Below, piece by piece: positions 24,954 to 39,067 of a DNA stretch of 64,000 bases. Both the position numbers and the translations under genes were made by a program. Numbering within the stretch: the first letter of the stretch is position 1; each line of letters opens with the position of its first letter. Source of the DNA: Octopus vulgaris (lineage: Eukaryota); contig OX597827.1 of NCBI GenBank assembly GCA_951406725.2, positions 5,642,001-5,706,000 of the forward strand, given 5' to 3'. Under the pieces are notes generated by a model that worked only from the letters and a program-made list of their open reading frames with translations, searched no databases and was not told the origin of the DNA.

Positions 24954-27599
24954 ATCCCAAATATTTTTTTGTTGCCGATGCCAAATGAAACTTGTCAAAT
25001 AAAATAGCTATATCCATGAGCCAGAAAAAAAATTTACTTTGCAGGGTTGTAGAGAATGTTTTGAAATTAAGCAAACCCAATAATTTATGCCTTATAACAG
25101 TCACCATCATCATTTTATCTTTTTATCATTCTACACCCATATTACCATACTGGTATAGGTTTGATGGGTCTCACACCATTTCACCAGATTTCATTGGTCT
25201 TTATCATCAGGCATTTACACAGAACAAAGGAAACTGCAATCTGTGCTGCTAGGTTTTTGTTTTTTTTTTTCTTCTGTGGCTGGATAGCTTTCCCTTCATT
25301 TACAACTTTATAATATAGACGGATGCATCTTATCATGCCACAAGCACAGGATAGATTGCATGCTTCAGAACTCGTAGCAGTTTTTATTCAGAATTACTGC
25401 TTTATTCAAGGGGTTGCCTGAACAGCAGTTTGTGGAATCGGTGTCTACTCTGTGTAATCCTATTTCCCTTTGCTACATGGATGCTTTCAACTTGGCAATA
25501 ATTTTTATAGTATAGAATGCCACAATCACAAGGGAGTTTGTTAGTAGCAAAACTAAAGAGTCCTGTCTACACTGCATCAACTAAAGACTGAAAAGGCAAT
25601 GATGACAAGTTAACAGTTGTTTTTCATTAAAGGCTTAGCTGGATGGGGGTGCTTGTCTCCCCCTTGTAAACATAAGGACACAGGAAATATGTTAAAGCTG
25701 ACAGGAAGTGTTGATGCTTCCTAGGGCTAAATAGCGGTGGTGTGATTCCCTTTATGGGACTGTCACGTTAAGTTGACAGTATACAACTGCTCATGAGGAA
25801 TAGTTTTAAAGCTAACCTTTATAATTATAATATTTTTAATTAACTTCATTAGTTCATTACTGTAATTATAACTTAAACTCATAAATTCTTTCATTCATAT
25901 CTATTCAGAGTAGTTAGTACCCTATTTGTAACTTGTGATAACTTTTAGTCTTTGATTTCTAGACTGTCTTTCCTCAGATTTATTAAATTTTGTGATAAAA
26001 ATACTGATCAGAGTTTTAAAAGACTTGAACCTGTAACATTTTGCCTTGATAGTAATTAGCAGTGCTGTGACTATTTTCAGCTCTACATAGAAATTTTTAA
26101 TTTATTTCTGAGATTAACTAATTATGTTTTCACTTTTTTCTTCTGCTAATAACAGCATTTTATCTTTGGCATTCTAATTCTGTTCCAAGAAATATGTAAT
26201 TTAAAAATCTTTCCACTAACTAGTACAGTAGTACATAGGGTAAAGTAACTATTAATTTGAAGTAGTTTAATTTTTTCACTTTCTGAGCATTTTCCATAAA
26301 CAAACAGCTTGATTTGGAAGTTTAGCGATCTTAGTTCATTCTTCAACATTTAACATAAAAATCAAATATAAAGAGGCAGTAAGAATTCCTTTGAATTAGA
26401 AAAGGTGAAATAGAATCTTCAAAGAAGATTTGAATAATTTTCTCTATCACAAGAATAGAAAAGATAACAATAGGTTTGGTTCCTTTTCATTAGGCTTCAG
26501 CCAAAAAATAAATATTTAAAAAGAAAGAAAGATGGGGAGGCTTTAAGGAAGGTAGAAGATGGAAGCACATAAATATAAGTTACCATCTGACATTGAATGA
26601 AGTGTGACAATTTAATATTTCCAAGATCAAACAAACAGTCTAAGATAATTAGATTCCAACTGCCAAACATTTTTCATATTTAAAGAGAGATTCTAAAACA
26701 TCAAACTGTTATTACCGAAATCAAAACGGGGAAAACATGCTACTCCTATTTAAAAATCAAAGATAGAAAAACAGTGTGTGTATATGTAAATGTGTCTGTG
26801 TGTAGATCCTGAAAATATTTGGAAAAAAAAATTCTATTTATTTCAAGTAACAGAGCTTACTGAATAACTTTTTATTTATTTATTATTTTCTTTATTTTTT
26901 GTAACTAAATTGGATTTATTTTTAAAAATAATCTTGAATTTGATCATTTTTTTTTACCGTATTTTTTTTTTTTTTGTTTTAGGCAATTTTGTAAAAATAT
27001 TTAAAACATTTTATGAAGATAAATAAGTTGGCTGAATTACACTTACAAAAAAAAAAAAAGAAAGAACACTAAATGTAAAGCTGATAAAGTCTACAATTTA
27101 TAAGGTTAGCAAATAGCTTCACAATTTTTAAAGAAATATTTTCCAAAACTTCTGTTGCAGAATACTAAAGAATAATAATACCTGAATGCTGAACGCTGGC
27201 AACTGATGAATAAGAATACAAGAGCATTCTTTCAGAAAGACTTGCTTGATCCGTGCCATACTTGCTTCGGCAGATTGTTTATTTACACCATTTCGGTTCC
27301 ATCTAACATGCCATTGTATTGTCTGGGTAAATTGAATGCTCAAAACACTTCCTGCTATTGTGAATCTACAACTGGGAATCTACCAAATGCATTGCTTTAA
27401 TAATTTATACAGAGGCAAAAATTACCTTTGTCTTTCTATAGATTCTATCATTAGTTTGCTTATTATTATTATTATTTTTTTTTATTTTTTTTTATTTTCT
27501 GCTAAAGCTATTCACAGTTTTTAACCAAACGCTGACATCATACAATCTTCATTTCCGCCTTCGTTCTGGTGACAGTTATAACTTTCGAATAACAATGAT

Positions 27600-27815
27600 T
27601 ACAATGATGATGATGATGATGATGATGGTAGTGGTGGTGGTGGTGGTGATGATGATGATGATGATGAGGAGGAGGAGGAGGACAATGATGGTGATGGTGA
27701 CAGAGATGAGGATGGTAGTAATTACACTAAGGTGGAAGACAATTGATTTCTAAAAATAAAATTGCACTTATTGAAACTTGTCATTTTATTACATGCATTT
27801 TTACTACTACTACCG

Positions 27816-27907
<92 letters not shown>

Positions 27908-28027
27908 ACTGTTACTGCTGTTATACTGCTGCTACTACTACTACCGCTATAGCTGTTGCTGCTGTTGATGGTGGTAGTGATGATGACACTGATAACGAGA
28001 ATAACAATGATGATGACAATGAGAACG

Positions 28028-28062
<35 letters not shown>

Positions 28063-28180
28063 ACCGCTGCCACTTCCACCTGTTCCATCACAACTGCTGC
28101 TGCGGCTTCTGCTGCAGTCCCACTATTGGCCATGATGATGATGATGATGATGATTATGACAACGATGACGATGTTGATGT

Positions 28181-28222
<42 letters not shown>

Positions 28223-28351
28223 CGACGACGATGCTGATGATGATGATGATGTTGATGACTATGATGATGATGATGATGCCAACGACAATGACAATTATAG
28301 CGATGAGGAGTAGGATAACGAAGATGATGACGATGACAGAGACAATGAAGT

Positions 28352-28383
<32 letters not shown>

Positions 28384-28450
28384 CAGCCTGTACTACTGTT
28401 ACTGACATTGTTGTTTCTCTTTCAAATACTACTGTTGTTGTTGTTGCTGT
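27600..28450. repeat. Long compound trinucleotide region (GAT/CTA/GCT/GAC/TTG)
   Basis: Seen directly; gives poly-M/Y/A/T pseudo-ORFs. Confidence 0.92.
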
Positions 28451-28458
28451 TGTGGTTA

Positions 28459-28836
28459 ACCGTTTAGCATTCATATTATTCTCTCAAATCTAAAGTTCAT
28501 TTATTCACATTATCTTGAATTTATCATGCATTATCTTGTGGCTCCAAGCTTTCAAAAATGTGATTGGTTTTATTTTCAGAATGACATTGTAGGGTAGGTG
28601 TGAGAGGACAGATCTGGCCAGTTTGAACAAACAAGTAGAACATTTGAACCAGATACAGCTGGTTTAACCCATTAGCATTTAAACTGACCATCCAGTCCAA
28701 ATATTCTAATTGTTTTACATTCAAAACTGGCCAGGCCTGGCCTCTCAAAGCCACAAGATAATACAGGATTAATTTGAAACAGTATGAATAAATAAGCATT
28801 ACATTTGGCAAAATAATCTGAATGCAAAAGGTTTAA
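28459..28836. mobile_element. Two oppositely oriented TTAA MITEs
   Basis: TTAACCGTTTAGCATTC... and TTAACCCATTAGCATTTAAACTGACC...GAATGCAAAAGGTTTAA. Same family as 41735 and 53410. Confidence 0.7.
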
Positions 28837-28892
28837 ATGCTTAAAGATTAAAGTAAATGAAGCAAATGGATCTGTCAGCTTCAATAAGGGAT

Positions 28893-29108
28893 ACTCTCTC
28901 TCTTTTACTCTTTTACTTGTTTCAGTCACTTGACTGCGGCCATGCTGGAGCACCGCCTTTAGTCGAGCAAATCGACCCCGGGACTTATTCTTTGTAAGCC
29001 TAGTACTTATTCTATCGGTCTCTTTTGCCGAACCGCTAAGTTACGGGGACGTAAACACACCAGCATCGGTTGTCAAGCAATGCTAGGGGTACAAACACAA
29101 ACATACAT

Positions 29109-29147
<39 letters not shown>

Positions 29148-29700
29148 TACGACAGGCTTCTTTCAGTTTCCGTCTACCAAATCCACTCACAAGGCTTTGG
29201 TCAGCGCTACCCTCCTCCAACATTTTCTACTATTAGTATCACCCTTACAAATATTACAGTTACATGCATTTGTTCCTTTTGGGAGATGGTAGTGGTGGTG
29301 AATGAGTTTGCTCTTTTAATTGTTTCAGTCACTTGACTGTGGCCATGCAGGAGCAACACCTTTAGTCGAGCAAATCGACCCTAGGACTTATTCTTTGTAA
29401 GCCTAGTACTTATTCTATCGGGATCTTTTGCCGAACCGCTAAGTTACGGGGATAAACACACCAGCATAGGTTATCAAGCGATGTTGGGGGACAAACACAG
29501 ACACACAAACATATATATATATATATACATATATATGATGGGCTTTTTTTCAGTTTCCATCTACCAAATCCACTCACAAGGCTTTGGTCGGCCCGGTGCT
29601 ATAGTAGAAGACACTTGCTCAAGGTGCCACTCAGTGGGACTGAACCTGGAACCATGTGGTTGGTAAGCAAGCTACTTACCACACAGCCACTCCTGCGCCT
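28893..29700 (-). mobile_element. Two SINE family A copies (28893-29203 partial; 29314-29700)
   Basis: Family A consensus sequence. Confidence 0.85.
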
Positions 29701-30561
29701 AGTTTGAGGAAGAATTGTTTGCTTTTTCTACCTAGTCAAGCAACTATATAAAGGCTCTCATGAGGTTTACTAGCATTCAAGCTCAACAGGAACATAAAAG
29801 TATATGAGCCATTGAAAGGCTGCCTACATGGGTGAGTGCCTCATAAAAAATAGCAGCCAAATTCCCCTTAAACTACACCATCTGTGAAGATGGTGCATTA
29901 GGTAATATAATCTGGTGTACATTTTTTCTTAGAATAAAACAAGAACTGGTCACAGCTTGTAAATGTGTGACCATTGGTCTAACCTGAGGCTAAAGAAAAG
30001 GAAGAAAAAAAAAGGAAAGCCAATTGGAGAAACATGAATGAATGAGGGATCCTCTGCATAGTCACTGAACTTGCTAGAAATAGCTGCTGAATCTCCTTTA
30101 AATTGCACCCACTGTTTTATAAAGTGGCTCGTGGGATAATGTAATCAGGAGCAAACTAGTCCTGAAAATACATTGGTATGGTCATGGCTGGAACGTCTTT
30201 GATCATAGGTCTGTTCAATCAGGGCTGAATTGGGCCTAAACAATAACAGCAACACAAGTCATCAAGAGAGCCTCACATGGTCACTTGATCAGCTGAAAAT
30301 AGCAGCTGGCAACCAAATCTCTCTCAAACTGTCTTAAAGTGGTCACATTAGATAATGTTGTCCAGGGTATACTAATCCTGAAAAAAAAAAAAAGAGAAAA
30401 AGAAAGGGATCAGTGCTGATTTTAGATTTAGCGGGGTCTTAAGCTATATAATGCTTTGCAGGCCCCTTGTTTAAAGAATTACAATAGAAAGTCTTATAAA
30501 AATTGAAAACATATAAGCATTTTAATTATTCTGAGGCCTCTGCAAATTGAAAGGCTCGAAA

Positions 30562-30715
30562 CCAGTGGTTCTCACCTGGGGTCCATGTGAGCCTTTGGGG
30601 GGGCCCATGTAAGATTTTGTTGTTAAAATTTATGTGCAAATAAATAGGTTTTACTTCTACAATATACAAAACATTTTAACAATTTTTTTAATACAATTCC
30701 TATTAATATTTAATC
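30562..30715 (+). mobile_element. hAT (Charlie-like) MITE fragment
   Basis: Starts CAGTGGTTCTCACCTGGGG; homologous to the split copy at 19543/20232. Confidence 0.55.
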
Positions 30716-31300
30716 ATGCTGTACTGAAAGATCACCAACGTTAGGGTGACAAGAACAACTTTGTTGCTTTGTGTCTCACCTTCTTTCCTCATTATTTCTG
30801 TCACTATCGTGTACACTGTTGTTAAAATCATGTAATAATTTCTGATCAGCTCTCTCTTATTATCTACTTTCATCTCCATTAGCAACATTTGACTGGATGA
30901 GGATGATATTAATAATAATAGCCTGTAGAGGTACATAATACATTGTTGGGTGTATTCCTTGTAGCTTGTATTGTGATAGCTCTGTTATCTACAAGAGGCT
31001 GTATGCATGCACAAGTTAAATATTTATATAGATATATGTATGTGTGTATATGTGTGTGTGTATGTATATATGTATATGTATGTATATGTATACATGTAGA
31101 TATATATATGAGTAAATATAATTCTGTATGTGTGTGTGTATGAATATATGTTTGTTTATAATATGCATGTACATGTTAAATATCTATTTATCTGTCTGTC
31201 TATCAATCTACCTATATATGTATGTATGTATGTTTGTTTGTGTATTTATGTGTGTGCATATGTGCGTGTACCTGCATATATATATATATATATATATATA

Positions 31301-31507
31301 AAGTTAATCCAAACAAGAAAGCACAAAAAAACACAAAAACGCGAGGACGTGGAACAAATGTAGTATTATTGGACGCTCAGGAAAGAAGGAAAGAAGGAGG
31401 GTTTAACGTTTCGAGTGGAGCTCTTCATCGGAAACATAGGAGAAGGAAAGATCCAGAGAAGGGAAGACAGAGGAAAAAAATCGCCAACAGTACACATGCG
31501 GTCACAT
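31301..31507 (-). mobile_element. Non-coding PLE-type repeat with minimal hammerhead-like motif (31401-31435)
   Basis: Minus strand: GTTT-CCGATGA-A-GAG ctcca CTC-GAAACGTT-AAAC; flanked by (TA)n. Confidence 0.6.
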
Positions 31508-31518
31508 TATATATATAT

Positions 31519-31928
31519 ATCATCATCATTTAACGTCCGCTTTCCATGCTAGCATGGGTTGGACGGTTCAACTGGGGTCTGGGGAGCCCGAAGGCTGCAC
31601 CAGGCCAGTCAGATCTGGCAGTGTTTCTACAGCTGGATGCCCTTCCTAATGCCAACCACTCCGAGAGTGTAGTGGGTGATTTTATGTGCCACCGACACAG
31701 GTGCCAGACGAGGCTGGTGAACAGCCACGCTCGGATGGTGTTTTTTATGTGCCACCGACACAGGTGCCAGACGAGGCTGGCAGACGGCCACGCTCAGATG
31801 GTGTTTTTATGTGCCACCGACACAGGTGCCAGATGAGGCTGGCGAACGGCCACGATCGGATGGTGTTTGTTACGTGCCCACAGCACGGAGGCCAGTCGAT
31901 GCGGTACTGGCTACGGCCACGTTCAGAT

Positions 31929-31932
<4 letters not shown>
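31519..31932 (-). mobile_element. Young RTE 3' UTR copy with fewer 63-bp units, in (TA)n
   Basis: Near-identical reverse complement of 3655-4195. Confidence 0.9.
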
Positions 31933-31965
<33 letters not shown>

Positions 31966-32398
31966 GTATGTATACACACATACACACACACGTATATATA
32001 TATATATAGTTGAAATTTACAGAAAAACAAAAGGCAAAGACAGGTCTATTAACAACAAACTGGTGTATTAGTTTGATACTCTGGAAAGTGAGAAATATAT
32101 TCAAATATATGTGTATTTACATATATATATGTGAGTGCATGGGTGTGTAAGTCTATGTGTGTATATGTGTGTTGTCCAGCAGACCACATGGTGCTTTTAA
32201 CTCACCATTTGTTAAACTGCTAGTGTCTTCAAATATACTTTCTGACCTTAATAAAACAGAACCTCAATTCTGCCCATACAATATAACAGTTGGACTCCCT
32301 CAGTACGTATCACTGTTAGCATTTCATTTATTATACACACTCTATAGATTTGCCAATGCAACCTGTTTGCAAGGTATATTGTGCCTCCACTATATATG

Positions 32399-32454
<56 letters not shown>

Positions 32455-32715
32455 CTTAAGAAAGCAGGTCCTTACTTTCAACTATGAGAACAGTTGTTTC
32501 ATAAGACTAGAGGCAGTGAGGTGTGTTGACACCAAATAAGTTAACTTCTCTTATTTCTGAAATTTCTAAAGGTTGTTTTTGAGTAATGATGGTATCTACA
32601 GGAATGTATTGCACATAACTCTAGATATTAGATATCAAAAACTGAAAATATAAGTAAATTTGGTAACATTTCAATCGAATTATCATCACTATTATTATTA
32701 TTATATTAGTTTGTT

Positions 32716-33010
32716 TTTTTTATATAAGATTTTGTCTCAAAGAAAGCCTGTGGCCACCATAATGTAATGGACTACAAAGAACAAACAGGGGCCTACAAAT
32801 TGAATCTATGACATACAGCTTAAAGGACAGTATATCGTGGATTAGAAGTAAAAATATAAGATGATGATAGTGAGTTCCAGAGAGCAGCAGTTGGGAGAAA
32901 GAAGCTATAAGAATAAAGGGACTTATAAAAAACTGGAAACTTGACAAAGAGACGGTGTACCGAAGAAGGGAAATGGATGACATGCATAAAAGTCTTGGCT
33001 GAGGGTACTA
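32716..33010 (-). mobile_element. CR1/Jockey-group LINE 3' end relic
   Basis: SLYSYSFFLPTAALWNSL motif followed by an A-rich tail. Confidence 0.55.
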
Positions 33011-33044
33011 GACTAGAAAGTTCATCAGAGCAATGACTATGGAA

Positions 33045-33397
33045 ATCATCATGATCATTATCATCATTGTTTAACATCCGTTTTCCGCACTAGCATGGGC
33101 TGGACGGTTCGACGGGGGTCTGGGAAGCCAGGGGCTGCACCAGGCTCCAGTCTGATCTGGCAATGTTTCTACAGCTGGATGCCCTTCCTAACGCCAACCA
33201 CTCCACGAGTGTAGTGGGTGCTTTTTACGTGCCACCTGCACAGGTGCCAGGGTGGTCTGGCATCGGCCACGATCGGTTGGAGCTTTTAACGTGCCACCGG
33301 CACGGGAGCCAGCCAAGGCAGCGCTGGCAACAGTCACATTCGGATGGTGCTTTTTATGTGCCACCAGCACAGAAGCCAGTCGGGGCGGCGCTGGCAT
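33045..33397 (-). mobile_element. RTE 3' UTR fragment (diverged subfamily)
   Basis: Same terminal motif, with TGGTGCTTTT[T]A[C/T]GTGCCACC repeat units. Confidence 0.82.
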
Positions 33398-34364
33398 ATT
33401 TATGGAAAAGACACATGAGATGGAGTTTAGGGTTAGGGTTACTTACATGGATATTCTCACTGTAAGATAAGTTGTTTATTTGTTATTTCATGACTGCAGT
33501 TGGATTTTGTAGTGATTATATGTCTAAATTGAGTTTATAATATATTAACTTTGATGATCAGACAAACAGCCAAATTTTGCAGCACTAATTGCAGGTTTAT
33601 TCAATAAACAGTTTCAGAAGTTAGAATAAAGTAATTTTATTTGTAAAACTTATTTTATTGTTTATTATAATTGAAGTGAAGAGAAGCAGTTTCAAATTAT
33701 TTTTAACTGCAATTTAGTCAGTGAATTGTTTTGAATTGAGAACCAATTACTCGAAAATTATGCTTAATTTAAATATTGCATCTTTAAACTTGCAAAGCTG
33801 CTCTTGGAACCATGTGTTGAAGAGACATTTCAATTGCTATTTAAATTACAAAATATGCTGTGAAATAGGTTGAAATTAATTTCTTCAAATGTTTATCATT
33901 TTATCATGTTATTCTTAAATTAATAAGTATTATTATAGAGATTCATAACACGATGATAAATTTACTATTCAATTTGTCCATGTGTGTGTATGTGCATGCA
34001 TGCATATATGTTTGCATGTGCATGCATGTGTATGTATCTGTGTGAGTGTGTGTGCACAAGTACATATGCAAAGAAGAGAAAGACAAAAGGAGACTATATG
34101 AGGAATTAAGGAGTTAATTAAAATGTACTATGATTTCATATAATAATATAATATTCGGAGAATAACTTATTCTTATTTTGACATCCACATAAAAATAAGT
34201 CGAGTAACTGTTAACATATGTGTAAACCAAGGAGTAACATAAAGCCAAATACCATAAAGTAATAGAATAAGGATATATATATATATACACATATATAGAA
34301 AAATACATATATCTATATATATATAATAAAATATTTGCCTAATAGTGGTTTTATCTCTAATTTA

Positions 34365-34416
<52 letters not shown>

Positions 34417-35648
34417 AGCATACATACACATATATATACACACATATATAGATACACACATACATGCATACACACGCACGCTGATTTGGAAAACAACTGC
34501 ATTGAATTTAGGAATAAATCAAATTTAAATTACAAGAACTTGAGACTATAGTAGAAAACTCTTGCATGAGGTGCCATGCTGTGGTATTGAAACCAGAAAC
34601 ATGTGGTTGCAAAACAAACTAATTAACCTCATATCATGCCTGGAACTCTTTGTTTAATATTTTTCCTGTGTGCACCACCTACTCAGCCAACTCTTCCCTA
34701 AAGAGGATTAGTGGTGGGTGGTTTCAGGATTTCTTCGCACACGTTAACTGCTTGGTTGGTTTCTGTTGGTTGACAAGTCCAAAGGGATGTCTAAGAAGTC
34801 TATTTTGCATAAATGTGTTGTTATGGAAATGTTTAGATCAAATTCTCTGAATACCTGAATTGCATTTTTAATTTATTGATTAGAAGTTTATTTCTTCTCT
34901 GCATACCCATGTGTTTAGTATCAAGCTTATTCTTCAATGTTGCAAGAATTTTGAAACCTTCTAATGAAAACATTCTCTGTTCCATCTAAACTACCAATGC
35001 TAAAACTGAACACTTCAACTAAAGACGGAGACTATGTAGTCACATGTTTAGCTTGAGATAGCAACCAAATCTCTCCCACAAATTGCACCTTATCCTGCGA
35101 AATGTAAAGATACATTTATTAATATAGTCATAGGCTGAGGCAGTGAGCAGGCAAATTCATTAGGATATTGGGCAAAATGCTTTGCGGTCTTTATGTTCTG
35201 AGTTCAATTTCTATCAAGGTTGATTTTACTTTACATCCTTTTGGGGCCGATAAAATAAGTATCAGTTAATCACAGTGTTGATTTACTCGACTTGACCCTT
35301 CCCCCCAAACTGCTGACCTAGTGCCAAAATTTGAAACCCATGTGTTCATAGACATTTATCGAAAAAGAGATGTTGCTCCAGGATGAAGCATCTTTGGTTA
35401 AAGGTCTACTCACTCAGGGTCATCAGGGTGTAAAGAACAAACAATGTAATCAGAAGTACTCTGAATAAAAACGAATTATTTCATTTATCATGTGACCCCA
35501 AGGGCATTTCTGTTTGTGGGAGCAAGCCCAAGTTTAGATGCTTGCAATAGCAAAGGAAAAAATTATTCATATCATGCCATATAAAACTGAGTACCCAGTT
35601 GCTGTTATAGCTTGTAAATAATTTTATTGCAGCTGTACTATTCACTCA

Positions 35649-36148
35649 TTGTGGAGGCACAATGGCCCAGTGGTTAGGGCAGCGGACTCACAGTCATAGG
35701 ATTGTGGTTTCGATTCCCAGACCGGGCATTGTGAGTGTTTATTGAGCGAAAACACCTAAAGCTCCATGAGGTTCCGGCAGGGGGTGGGGGTGAACCCTGC
35801 TATACTCTTTCACCACAACTTTCTCTCACTCTTTCTTCCTGTATCTGTTGTACCTGTATTTCAAAGGGCCAGCCATGTCACACTCTGTGTCACGCTGATT
35901 CTCCCCGAGAACTACATTAAGGGTACATGTGTCTGTGGAGTGCTCAGCCACTTGCACGTTAATAAATGAGCTGCAACATCACTGGTGCCAAGCTGTATCG
36001 GCTCCTTTGCCTTTCCCTTGGATAACAACAGTGGTGTGGAGAGGAGAGGCTGGTATGCATGGGCGACTGCTGGCCTTCCATAAACAACCTTGCCCGGACT
36101 TGTGCCTCAGAATGTAACTTTCTAGGTGAAATCCCATGGTCATTCATG
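35649..36148 (+). mobile_element. tRNA-derived SINE family D with 12-bp TSD
   Basis: A box TGGCCCAGTGG, B box GTTTCGATTCCC. TSD ACTATTCACTCA at 35637-35648 and 36149-36160. Confidence 0.85.
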
Positions 36149-36954
36149 ACTATTCACTCAATGGTACAGGCTCATACAATTTCTAACTTTACTATTCAGA
36201 CCAATGAAAATTTGTTTGATAATTAAGTCTGTTTCACCATTTTTTGTAATATTTATGAGCCTTGGTTTCAATTCATCTGGTGTATCAATATGCATTCTCA
36301 TGAATCAAAATCTTGCTCAGATGAATCGAAATTGTATTGTCTTGATTCACATTTGTCCATCCATCCATCCATCCATCTATCCATCCATGTGTGTGTGGGT
36401 GTTTTTATTTGTAAATTAATCTGTGTATATTGGTGTTACTGTAGGTAAGTAGGGTGTCAGAATAAGTGTTCCTGTCTTTACTAGTATGTAGATGTGCAAC
36501 TATATTTCTTTTCCTGTGATTTGAAAGAAATTTTGGATGCTATTTTTATCAGGTCAAACAACCATGTAGAAATTTCTTGCTGACTTATAGCAGATAGATA
36601 GATACATAAACATACATACATGAATATGTAAGCACACGCACAGAAAGTTGTATGGTATGATTTGAATTATGTTTGGTTTCTATTGGTCTAAAGTGTCTGC
36701 TGCTGTAGCAAATACAACAATGCTTGCAGTATAATTTAGTGAAAGGTTATACTCATGCAAGCAGTAAATGGTAGCAAGTGACTTGTTTGGTTAAAAGAAA
36801 TTTTGTGATTCATACATTGAGCAATGTTATTTAAGCAAATTTTTAAAGTAGATTTAAGGAAAGAATTGTGCTGGACTGAGTTTTTTCTTGAATCAACTCA
36901 TATTTTAAATATATATTAAGGTACTCACATTATATGACCAGAGGCATTTAGATA

Positions 36955-37260
36955 TACTCTTTACTCTTTTACTCTTTTACTTGTTTCAGTCATTTGACTG
37001 CGGCCATGCTGGAGCACCGCCTTTAGTCAAGCAACTCGACCCCGGGACTTATTCTTTTTGTAAGCCCAGTACTTATTCTATCGGCCTCTTTTTGCCGAAC
37101 CGCTAAGTGACGGGGACGTAAACGCAAAAAAGACTGATACAATAAGTACTAGGCTTAAAAATTAAGTCCTGGGGTCAATTTGTTTCTATTAAAATCCTTC
37201 AAGGTAGTGCCTCAGCATGCCTACAGTCAAACGACTGAAACAAATAAAAGAATAAAAGAA
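36955..37260. mobile_element. Two SINE A 3' halves in inverted, abutting arrangement
   Basis: Minus-strand tail 36955-37123 directly followed by plus-strand tail 37125-37260. Confidence 0.8.
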
Positions 37261-37425
37261 TATATACAGATAGTTGGTACCCAGGACATACCATTCCATA
37301 CATTTTATGAAGGAAGAGAGGGGTAAAGTTGATATATAGATAATAGAACAGATAGATGTTAATCTTCACAGCAATGAGTTGCTCTTAGATGAATGCTTTA
37401 AATCATTAAGTAAATAGTGTCAGAG

Positions 37426-37460
<35 letters not shown>

Positions 37461-37497
37461 CAGATAGATAGATAGAAAGATAGATAGATAGATAGAC

Positions 37498-37567
<70 letters not shown>

Positions 37568-37619
37568 ATAGATAGATGGATAGAGAGAAAGAAAGTGCCA
37601 TGTGCCCAAATACACATAT

Positions 37620-37817
37620 AGGTGCAGCCATGGCTGTGTGATAAGAAGTTTGTTTCCCAGCCGCATTGTTCAAGGTTCAGTCCTGCCACATGGCACCTTT
37701 GACAAGTGTCTTCTACTAAAGCATCAGTTTGATGAAGACCTTGCAAGTGGATTTGGCAAATGGAAACTCAAAAACGTTCATCATGAATGTGCATGCATGT
37801 GTATGTGGGCGGGGGTG

Positions 37818-37875
<58 letters not shown>

Positions 37876-38095
37876 TCTTTGAGTCTGTGTTTGTCCCCCA
37901 TCCACTTGACAACCAGTGTGTTTATGTCCCCATAACTTAGTGGTTTGGCAAAAGAGATTAATAAAATAATAACCAGGCTTTAAAAAATTAGGGAAAAAAA
38001 AGAATAAAAATAGTACTGGTATCTAAAATTCTTCACGGCAGCGCCTTTACCATGGATAACCACAGTCAAATGAGTGAAACAAGAAAAAGAAGAAA
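37620..38095 (+). mobile_element. Old SINE family A copy
   Basis: Diverged head GGTGCAGCCATGGCTGTGTGATAAG, internal (GA)n, tail GAAACAAG. Confidence 0.65.
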
Positions 38096-38654
38096 GATAG
38101 AAGAAAGATATTTTCCCCCATACACATATGAATGCTAATTGTGAACACACATATACACATATACCTTTTCACTTTCTAACAATCATATACACATACACAC
38201 AACACAGCTTCTCTTTCTCTCTCTTGCTCTCTCTGTCTGTCTCTCTCTGCCTCTGTTTTTCTCTATCACACATCACACACCTTTACCATTATCTTTCCAC
38301 AGTATGACAGACTTTTTACACCACAGGAATCTATTGTTAGCACTCCAATATTAAATATTTTATATATAAACATGACACATCTATTTACAAGTATATGTAT
38401 ATATATATCTATATATAATTCAGTGAGAGTTAGAGGTTGTGAATCCAACCAACTAAGGGATAGTTCCTATCCAGTATACTGCTGGTAGCGTACCCAATTA
38501 TTAATACCCAAGTACTGATTATTGTGTGGCAATTTCACTATTGAGTGTAATAAATGGGTGAGGGCAAAAAGGGGTTTACCCTAAATTTATACAGCAAGAA
38601 GAAAATGGAGGGGATACAGAAATAGTAAACATCAACTGTTAGACATTATATTAT

Positions 38655-38864
38655 ACTCTTTTACTCTTTAATTTGTTTCCGTCATTTGACTGCGGCCATG
38701 CTGGAGCACCGCCTTTAATCGAGCAACTCGACCCCGGCACTTATTCTTTGTAAGCCCAGTACTTATTCTATAGGTCTCTTTTGCCGAACCACTAAGTGAC
38801 GGGAACATAAACACACCAGCATCGGTTGTCAAGCAATGCTAGGGTGACAAACAAAGACACACAA

Positions 38865-38895
<31 letters not shown>

Positions 38896-39067
38896 CATAT
38901 ATACGACAGGCTTCTTTCAGTTTCCGTCTACCAAATCCACTCACAAGGCATCGGTCGGCCCGGGGCTATAGCAGAAGACACTTGCCCAAGATGCCACGCA
39001 GTGGGACTGAACCCGGAACCGTGTGGTTGGTTAGCAAGCTACTTACCACACAGCCACTCCTGCGCCT
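38655..39067 (-). mobile_element. SINE family A, full length
   Basis: Family A consensus sequence. Confidence 0.88.

Noticed and set aside
27128-27400. Possible host exon or RT relic
   Set aside because: No convincing splice sites or recognisable motif.
27743-28467. 229-aa Met/Tyr/Ala-rich ORF (reflectin-like idea)
   Set aside because: Pure trinucleotide repeat translation with no reflectin motif. The same applies to 59243-59812.
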